64,000 nt of DNA from Escherichia coli O127:H6 str. E2348/69. GTDB taxonomy: Bacteria > Pseudomonadota > Gammaproteobacteria > Enterobacterales > Enterobacteriaceae. The DNA is taken from assembly GCF_000026545.1 (NCBI RefSeq), contig NC_011601.1; one strand, 5' to 3'. Below are positions 54,963 to 64,000 of the stretch, piece after piece. The notes beneath the pieces are model-generated. The model had not been told where the DNA came from, searched no databases, and was given only the letters and a program-made list of their open reading frames with translations. Position 1 is the first letter of the stretch. Every line of letters starts with the position of its first letter. A program made the position numbers and the translations under genes.

Positions 54963-55796
54963 TCAGGCAATTTTGCGCAGAAAGCCGCAAATAAGATTAA
55001 TAAAGTTTTGCTTTGAGAGTTCCGCTGCTGCCAGCGTTTGGGCATGAGAAAGCTTCACGTCACTCAGACCTTCCGCCATGTTGGTAATCGCAGAGACCGC
55101 AACGACTTTAAGTTCGCAATGGCGAGCTGAAATAACCTCAGGCACCACAGACATACCAACAACATCCCCACCAATAATTTGCATCATGCGAATTTCCGCC
55201 GCAGTCTCGAAATTCGGCCCCGGATATGAGACGAACACGCCCTCCGTCAGAGGGAACCCCTCTTCTTTCGCCACTTTTTGTAACAGTGCGCGGTATTCCG
55301 CATCGTAGGCATTCGCCAGCGAGAAGAAGCGCTCACCAAAACGTTCATCATTAAGACCCACCATCGGCGTTCCCGGCATGGTGTTGATGTGATCTTTCAA
55401 TGCGACCAGACTGCCGGCCCCCACTTCAGGACGCAGTGAGCCAGCCGCATTGGTGCAGAACAGCAACTCGCAGCCCAGCAACTTAAAGGTACGGATTGCA
55501 TCCGTCATGATGGTCATCCCACGACCTTCGTAGAAATGTCCGCGACCTTTCATGCACGCCACTGGCACCCCCTGGAGATAACCCAGCACCAGCTCACCCG
55601 CATGACCGTGTACGGTACTTACCGGGAACCCAGGCAGCTTTTCGTAGGAAATTGCGACCGCGTTCTCAATCTGATCGGCCAGCGCGCCCAGCCCGGAACC
55701 TAAAATAAAGGCCACTCGTGGCGTGAAATCAGGTTTATAAGTCTTGATAATATCTACGCAATACAGTGGGTTATGAGAAAACTGAGCCTGATACAT
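54963..55796 (-). CDS. xapA: Xanthosine / purine nucleoside phosphorylase II
   Basis: 277 aa PNP family. Confidence 0.9.
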   Translation of the reverse strand: MYQAQFSHNPLYCVDIIKTYKPDFTPRVAFILGSGLGALADQIENAVAISYEKLPGFPVSTVHGHAGELVLGYLQGVPVACMKGRGHFYEGRGMTIMTDAIRTFKLLGCELLFCTNAAGSLRPEVGAGSLVALKDHINTMPGTPMVGLNDERFGERFFSLANAYDAEYRALLQKVAKEEGFPLTEGVFVSYPGPNFETAAEIRMMQIIGGDVVGMSVVPEVISARHCELKVVAVSAITNMAEGLSDVKLSHAQTLAAAELSKQNFINLICGFLRKIA

Positions 55797-56043
55797 ATAT
55801 ATCCTTTTTTTGTAGGGTGGAATCTAACGCCTTTTTATAACGAGATTGCCCTACCTCATACCAATACACTTTTTTCATGTATCCGATAGTTATTCGATAT
55901 CGATATATTTATATTTTTTCACTATTAATAGGCTGAAAAAACTGTATTGGTACTCTCCTTTCCCTTGCATTAACAATATGCCGCTTTTAATCAACCTTTT
56001 ATTAAGCAATCAACTAATAACGATCGGCATAGGGAATTATGCT

Positions 56044-56808
56044 ATGAAAAAACATCTTTTTACTCTGACACTCTCTTCTGTATTGGCGATACCAGCAGTA
56101 TCCCATGCAGAATTTAAAGGCGGTTTTGCTGATATAGGTATTCATTATCTTGACTGGACTAGCAGAACCACTGAGAAATCGTCGACCAAATCACACAAAG
56201 ATGATTTTGGATATCTGGAACTGGAAGGCGGCGCTAACTTTAGTTGGGGAGAAATGTACGGGTTCTTCGACTGGGAAAACTTTTATAATGATCGTCATGA
56301 TAAACAGGGTAGCGAGCAGCGTTATACATTTAAAAATACCAACCGTATTTACCTGGGTGACACCGGATTTAATCTCTACTTGCATGCGTATGGCACCTAC
56401 GGTTCTGCGAATCGTGTGAATTTCCATGACGATATGTTCCTTTACGGGATCGGCTACAATTTCACCGGCAGCGGTTGGTGGTTCAAACCGTTCTTTGCAA
56501 AACGCTATACAGACCAAACCTATTATACCGGCGATAACGGTTATGTCGCCGGTTGGGTTGCAGGTTGCAGCTTTATGCTGGGCAGTGAGAAATTCACCCT
56601 CACCAACTGGAACGAGTACGAGTTTGATCGTGATGCCACCTACGCGGCAGGTAATGGCGGCAAAGAAGGTCTGAACGGTGCCGTCGCACTTTGGTGGAAT
56701 GCAACTTCACACATCACCACAGGGATTCAGTATCGTTATGCAGATGACAAACTGGGCGAAGATTTTTACCAGGATGCAATAATCTACTCCATCAAATTTA
56801 ATTTCTGA
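56044..56808 (+). CDS. yfeN: Putative outer-membrane protein (OmpG/Tsx-like beta-barrel)
   Basis: 254 aa from MKKHLFTLTLSSVLAIPAVSHA (signal peptide); aromatic-rich strands ending in F. Confidence 0.8.
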   Translation: MKKHLFTLTLSSVLAIPAVSHAEFKGGFADIGIHYLDWTSRTTEKSSTKSHKDDFGYLELEGGANFSWGEMYGFFDWENFYNDRHDKQGSEQRYTFKNTNRIYLGDTGFNLYLHAYGTYGSANRVNFHDDMFLYGIGYNFTGSGWWFKPFFAKRYTDQTYYTGDNGYVAGWVAGCSFMLGSEKFTLTNWNEYEFDRDATYAAGNGGKEGLNGAVALWWNATSHITTGIQYRYADDKLGEDFYQDAIIYSIKFNF

Positions 56809-56813
56809 TTGAT

Positions 56814-56836
56814 TACTGCCGGAGCTCCCGGCAGTA
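56814..56836. terminator. Bidirectional terminator between yfeN and yfeR
   Basis: TACTGCCGG-AGCTC-CCGGCAGTA perfect palindrome. Confidence 0.55.
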
Positions 56837-56846
56837 TGAATTCACT

Positions 56847-57773
56847 CTATATCTGATACAACGGATCCCCTTCCCGCCCAGCCATTAGCGCATTGCCCTG
56901 GTCTCGTACTACGTCCCATAACGCTTCAGCGGCGGTGGAAAGTGAACGGTTCTTCCTGCGCACCAGCATCAACTGGCGTTCAACCACCGGCGTAATGCGC
57001 TTTACCACCAGTGGGCTACCTTCAGGCAATGGTAGCGCCAGTGCGGGAAGAATACTGATGCTGATGCCTGCAGCTACCATCGGGAACAGCGTCGCCGGAT
57101 GACCAATCTCCTGCACAATATTCGCCTGAATACCGTTGCGCGCCAGCGCTGCATCAATCAGCGGTCGGCTGCCTGACGCGTAATCCTGCAACACCAATTT
57201 CGCTCCCTGTAATGCCTGCCAGGGGACATAATCTTCCACGGCCAAAGCGCTATCGCGATGGCAAAGCAGAAAGAAAGGCTCGGAAAGAATCGCTTCACAT
57301 TGCAGATCGCCCACTGGGCCTGGATCGATGACGATGCCAAAATCGACATCTCCCTGGCGAATACTTTCCATCACCCACTGCTGCGGACGATCGTGCAGGA
57401 CAAACTGAATATCTGGATAGCGGCGATGGCTTTCAGCAATGCATTGCGGAATAAGATGCGCGGAAATGGTCTGGCTGGCAGCGACCCGAACTTTTCCGCT
57501 CAGTTGTTGCCCCATACGCCCGGTCTCGCGCAACGTGCTGTTAAGTTCATCCAGCAGTCGCTCAAGACGCAAAGCCAACTGCTGCCCTGCATCTGTAAGC
57601 ACCACTTCACGCGTGGTTCTGTCCAGCAGGCGAACACCAGTATGATTTTCCAGCTCCTTCACACTGTGACTCACTGCCGACTGGCTCAGGCCGATACGCT
57701 CTCCTGCACGACTAAAACTTTTCTCCTGCGCTACTGTGACGAAAACCTTTAATTGCTTTAAAGAATAATTCAT
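56847..57773 (-). CDS. yfeR: LysR-family transcriptional regulator
   Basis: 308 aa; N-terminal HTH then LysR substrate-binding domain. Confidence 0.85.
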   Translation of the reverse strand: MNYSLKQLKVFVTVAQEKSFSRAGERIGLSQSAVSHSVKELENHTGVRLLDRTTREVVLTDAGQQLALRLERLLDELNSTLRETGRMGQQLSGKVRVAASQTISAHLIPQCIAESHRRYPDIQFVLHDRPQQWVMESIRQGDVDFGIVIDPGPVGDLQCEAILSEPFFLLCHRDSALAVEDYVPWQALQGAKLVLQDYASGSRPLIDAALARNGIQANIVQEIGHPATLFPMVAAGISISILPALALPLPEGSPLVVKRITPVVERQLMLVRRKNRSLSTAAEALWDVVRDQGNALMAGREGDPLYQI

Positions 57774-57862
57774 CTGTTTTTTTCATGAATGGATGCAATA
57801 AATCAATTTTATTTCTCAAACTGGAAGACGCACAATAGAACCATCGATCATCTGGAGTCTTT

Positions 57863-58861
57863 ATGAAACTTTTTCGTATCCTCGATCCTTTCACCTTAAC
57901 CCTGATCACGGTGGTGTTGCTGGCCTCTTTCTTTCCGGCCAGAGGCGATTTCGTCCCCTTCTTTGAAAATCTGACCACTGCAGCTATTGCTCTGCTGTTC
58001 TTTATGCACGGCGCGAAGTTGTCGCGTGAGGCGATTATTGCTGGCGGTGGTCACTGGCGACTGCATTTGTGGGTAATGTGCAGCACCTTCGTACTGTTTC
58101 CGATTCTGGGCGTGCTGTTTGCCTGGTGGAAACCGGTAAATGTCGACCCGATGCTCTACTCCGGTTTTCTCTACTTGTGCATTCTCCCCGCGACCGTGCA
58201 GTCTGCAATCGCCTTCACGTCAATGGCGGGCGGTAACGTCGCGGCGGCGGTTTGTTCTGCGTCAGCATCCAGCCTGCTGGGGATTTTCCTTTCACCATTG
58301 CTGGTTGGTCTGGTGATGAATGTTCACGGTGCAGGGGGCAGCCTTGAGCAGGTCGGTAAAATTATGCTGCAACTGTTGCTGCCATTTGTGTTGGGGCATC
58401 TTTCCCGGCCGTGGATTGGTGACTGGGTGTCGCGTAATAAAAAATGGATTGCGAAAACTGACCAGACGTCCATTCTGTTGGTGGTTTATACGGCATTCAG
58501 CGAAGCCGTCGTTAACGGTATCTGGCACAAAGTTGGCTGGGGATCATTGCTGTTTATCGTGGTGGTCAGTTGCGTTCTTCTGGCTATCGTGATTGTAGTT
58601 AACGTCTTTATGGCACGCCGACTGGGCTTCAATAAGGCAGATGAAATTACTATCGTCTTTTGTGGTTCGAAAAAGAGTCTGGCAAATGGCATCCCGATGG
58701 CAAACATTCTGTTCCCCACATCGGTGATCGGTATGATGGTGCTGCCCCTGATGATTTTCCATCAGATCCAATTGATGGTCTGTGCGGTGCTGGCGCGTCG
58801 ATACAAACGCCAGACCGAACAGTTACAGGCACAGCAGGAAAGCAGCGCCGATAAAGCTTAA
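57863..58861 (+). CDS. yfeH: Bile acid:sodium symporter-family transporter
   Basis: 332 aa polytopic membrane protein. Confidence 0.85.
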   Translation: MKLFRILDPFTLTLITVVLLASFFPARGDFVPFFENLTTAAIALLFFMHGAKLSREAIIAGGGHWRLHLWVMCSTFVLFPILGVLFAWWKPVNVDPMLYSGFLYLCILPATVQSAIAFTSMAGGNVAAAVCSASASSLLGIFLSPLLVGLVMNVHGAGGSLEQVGKIMLQLLLPFVLGHLSRPWIGDWVSRNKKWIAKTDQTSILLVVYTAFSEAVVNGIWHKVGWGSLLFIVVVSCVLLAIVIVVNVFMARRLGFNKADEITIVFCGSKKSLANGIPMANILFPTSVIGMMVLPLMIFHQIQLMVCAVLARRYKRQTEQLQAQQESSADKA

Positions 58862-59076
58862 AGCGGACGCTTCAGGGGCTGGACCAGTTGCGTCAGCCCC
58901 TCGGTTTTAATCAGCAGCGTGATTTGCATTAGCTCACCGAGTTTCCCTGCCGGGAACTCATCTTTGCGGGCAAACCACAGCAGATACTCCTCCGGCAGGT
59001 CGATTAAGCGACGCCCTTTGTACTTGCCAAACGGCATTATCGTATTGGCTATTTCAATCAGCTGCTCTTTTTCCAT
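58858..59076 (-). CDS. ypeB: DUF3820 small protein
   Basis: 72 aa from MEKEQLIEIANTIMPFGKYKG; adjacent to and co-oriented with ligA. Confidence 0.75.
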   Translation of the reverse strand: MEKEQLIEIANTIMPFGKYKGRRLIDLPEEYLLWFARKDEFPAGKLGELMQITLLIKTEGLTQLVQPLKRPL

Positions 59077-59077
59077 C

Positions 59078-61102
<2,025 letters not shown>

Positions 61103-61163
61103 TCAATGCTAAAAACCCCCGACAAGCGGGGGTTCGAAGAGGAGTTAGTTTGCCTTAAGTGTA

Positions 61164-62162
61164 TCAGGCGTTGGCGTCTTTGACTTCGCGGATGATGTCC
61201 TGGTACTCGCGCAATTTCTGCGGAGTCATCATACGGCGCTGATCGTCAAGCACTACACCGCCCACTTCATCGGCAATATGCTGCGCAGATTGCAGCATCA
61301 GCTTAAAGTTCTGCAGCTCGTCACCGTAAGACGGTACCTGCATAAAGATAGTGACACCCGGAGTAGTGAAATCCTTCATTTCAGGATCAAAGGTTCCCGG
61401 TTTCACCATATTCGCCAGGCTGAATAACGCCGGGCCGCTGCCATCCGGGCTAAGATGACGATGGTAAATGTTCATATCGCCAAAAATGAAGCCCGCTTGT
61501 TGAATGCTGTTAAGAAGCAGTTCACCGTTTAACTCGCTACCGTGATGCGCCGCGACGTTCATGATAATCACCGCTTCTTTGCGCTTCGGTTTATCCATAA
61601 CTGGAGCCGGTTCCGCTACAGGCTCAGGCTGTGGTGCCGCTACGGGTTCTGCAGGCTGAAAAGCCTGTTGTGCCGGTTGCGGTGCTGAATGCACTGGCTG
61701 CGGCGCTGACGCGAGCTGTGGCGAAACTGGCTGCTGCAACGGCTGTTCAGGCTGCGGCTGATAGGCAGGCTGCTGCACGGGTTGCTGCACCGGCTGCGTT
61801 GGACGCGGAGCATGTTGCGGCGGTACCTGCGCTTCAGGCGGCTGCTGGACCGGTTGACGCGGCTGCGCAGACGCATAAGGCGGTTGGTACTGGTGTTGCG
61901 GCGACGGACGAGCAACCTCATGCTCCTGGGCGTTAGCCGGGGCATGATTCACGCGGTGAACACGAACCTCACCAACGCCCTCATCATCTTCGACATCCTC
62001 GTCATAAGAATCGTCGTCACGTTTTGACTTCATTCGTTTTAATGGCCGATCGCGGAACATAGAAGATCGTTCTTTACGGCTGGTCCAGAAACCATGTACC
62101 AGTAAAGCGATTATGGCGATCGCGCCAACAATGATTAATATCAGACGCAAATCCTGCATCAT
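61164..62162 (-). CDS. zipA: Cell division protein ZipA
   Basis: About 332 aa from [22 protein letters not shown] (N-terminal TM), P/Q-rich linker, C-terminal FtsZ-binding domain. Confidence 0.9.
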   Translation of the reverse strand: MMQDLRLILIIVGAIAIIALLVHGFWTSRKERSSMFRDRPLKRMKSKRDDDSYDEDVEDDEGVGEVRVHRVNHAPANAQEHEVARPSPQHQYQPPYASAQPRQPVQQPPEAQVPPQHAPRPTQPVQQPVQQPAYQPQPEQPLQQPVSPQLASAPQPVHSAPQPAQQAFQPAEPVAAPQPEPVAEPAPVMDKPKRKEAVIIMNVAAHHGSELNGELLLNSIQQAGFIFGDMNIYHRHLSPDGSGPALFSLANMVKPGTFDPEMKDFTTPGVTIFMQVPSYGDELQNFKLMLQSAQHIADEVGGVVLDDQRRMMTPQKLREYQDIIREVKDANA

Positions 62163-62391
62163 TATATTCTCTGTTGTTCTAACACCTTGCCACCACGGCA
62201 AACATTTACTCACTAAGAGTATTTGCCGATTACCTCAAGTGCAAGTGCACTATTAACTTTCACAGCACAAAGATAGATGAAATCGTGCTTTTTGCTGTTT
62301 TTTCGAACATATCCTAACTGTCCATTGCGCAATTACCCGGTAAAATACGCAGAATTTTCCTGGGATTGGTCAAAAGGAGCTCATCCTGATT

Positions 62392-63153
62392 ATGGTTTCA
62401 TCATTCACATCTGCCCCACGCAGCGGTTTTTACTATTTTGCGCAAGGCTGGAAGCTCGTCTCGCAACCTGGGATTCGGCGTTTCGTTATTTTACCGCTGC
62501 TGGTCAATATTTTGTTGATGGGGGGCGCATTCTGGTGGCTCTTTACGCAACTCGATGTCTGGATCCCGACTCTCATGAGTTATGTTCCGGACTGGTTACA
62601 ATGGCTGAGCTATCTGTTGTGGCCTCTGGCTGTCATCTCTGTGCTGTTAGTGTTTGGCTATTTCTTCTCAACGATTGCTAACTGGATTGCCGCTCCGTTC
62701 AATGGTTTATTGGCTGAACAACTGGAAGCACGATTGACTGGCGCTACACCGCCAGATACCGGGATTTTCGGTATCATGAAAGATGTGCCGCGAATCATGA
62801 AACGCGAATGGCAAAAATTTGCCTGGTATCTGCCGCGCGCAATTGTATTGCTAATTCTTTACTTCATCCCTGGTATTGGGCAAACCGTCGCGCCGGTACT
62901 GTGGTTCCTGTTTAGCGCCTGGATGTTAGCCATCCAGTATTGCGATTACCCCTTCGATAACCACAAAGTGCCGTTTAAAGAGATGCGCACCGCCCTGCGC
63001 ACACGCAAAATCACCAATATGCAGTTTGGTGCTTTAACCAGCCTGTTTACGATGATCCCGTTGCTTAATCTGTTCATCATGCCCGTTGCCGTTTGTGGTG
63101 CGACGGCGATGTGGGTCGATTGCTATCGCGATAAACACGCGATGTGGCGGTAA
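62392..63153 (+). CDS. cysZ: Sulfate transporter CysZ
   Basis: 253 aa membrane protein; translation matches CysZ. Confidence 0.9.
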
Positions 63154-63337
63154 CAATCTACCGGTTATTTTGTAAACCGCTTGTGTGAAACAGGGGTGGC
63201 TTATGCCGCCCCTTATTCCATCTTGCATGTCATTATTTCCCTTCTGCATATAGATATGCTAAATCCTTACTTCCGCATATTCTCTGAGCGGGTATGCTAC
63301 CTGTTGTATCCCAATTTCATACAGTTAAGGACAGACC

Positions 63338-64000
63338 ATGAGTAAGATTTTTGAAGATAACTCGCTGACTATCGGTCACACGCCGCTGGTTCGCCTGAAT
63401 CGTATCGGTAACGGACGCATTCTGGCGAAGGTGGAATCTCGTAACCCCAGCTTCAGCGTTAAGTGCCGTATCGGTGCCAACATGATTTGGGATGCCGAAA
63501 AGCGCGGCGTGCTGAAACCAGGCGTTGAACTGGTTGAACCAACCAGCGGTAATACCGGGATTGCACTGGCCTATGTAGCTGCCGCTCGCGGTTACAAACT
63601 TACCCTGACCATGCCAGAAACCATGAGTATTGAACGCCGCAAGCTGCTGAAAGCGTTAGGTGCAAACCTGGTGCTGACCGAAGGTGCTAAAGGCATGAAA
63701 GGCGCAATCCAAAAAGCAGAAGAAATTGTCGCCAGCAATCCAGAGAAATACCTGCTGCTGCAACAATTCAGCAATCCGGCAAACCCTGAAATTCACGAAA
63801 AAACCACCGGTCCGGAGATCTGGGAAGATACCGACGGTCAGGTTGATGTATTTATTGCTGGTGTTGGGACTGGCGGTACGTTGACTGGCGTCAGCCGCTA
63901 CATTAAAGGCACCAAAGGCAAGACCGATCTTATCTCTGTCGCCGTTGAGCCAACCGATTCTCCAGTTATCGCCCAGGCGCTGGCAGGTGAAGAGATTAAA
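63338..64000 (+). CDS. cysK: Cysteine synthase A (O-acetylserine sulfhydrylase), N-terminal 220 codons; 3' end outside window
   Basis: ATG 63338 with [28 protein letters not shown]...[23 protein letters not shown]-enzyme N-terminus; runs off the window end. Confidence 0.9.
   Translation, partial: MSKIFEDNSLTIGHTPLVRLNRIGNGRILAKVESRNPSFSVKCRIGANMIWDAEKRGVLKPGVELVEPTSGNTGIALAYVAAARGYKLTLTMPETMSIERRKLLKALGANLVLTEGAKGMKGAIQKAEEIVASNPEKYLLLQQFSNPANPEIHEKTTGPEIWEDTDGQVDVFIAGVGTGGTLTGVSRYIKGTKGKTDLISVAVEPTDSPVIAQALAGEEIK

Noticed and set aside
61164-62213. zipA about 4 codons longer than I recall for K-12, and the ORF track shows a 17-codon N-terminal extension
   Set aside because: The length difference lies in the P/Q-rich repeat linker, which varies naturally between strains; the upstream extension is an ORF-finder artefact, so the MMQDL start was used.

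Overview
This window reads as Escherichia coli chromosome, matching from memory the K-12 gene order from the argW prophage right end to cysK, with two accessory segments at the left. (1) 1..~5830 is the right arm of a KplE1/CPS-53-like prophage: small early ORFs, a Rad52-like annealing protein, an HNH endonuclease, SSB, ea-region ORFs, the excisionase torI, and an attR core matching the argW 3' end. The integrase side lies left of the window. (2) ~5831..11370 is a sucrose-utilisation island (cscB, cscK, cscA, cscR) sitting where dsdC and most of dsdX are in K-12, leaving a dsdX 3' remnant. The remaining ~51 kb is syntenic core: emrYK, evgAS, yfdE-yfdV-oxc-frc-yfdX, lpxP, ypdABC, the fry PTS cluster, glk, mntH, nupC, gltX, two tRNA operons, xapRBA, ligA, zipA, cysZ and the start of cysK. 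I did not find a convincing novel multi-gene system. The strongest observations are three independent inactivating lesions in otherwise intact catabolic genes: a 4-bp deletion in dsdA, an in-frame amber codon in fryB, and a 14-bp tandem duplication in xapR. Next is a prophage SSB whose conserved DDDIPF tip is followed by 15 extra residues. No CRISPR array, IS element or rRNA was seen. All family and gene assignments are from reading the translations and recalled homology, not from database searches.
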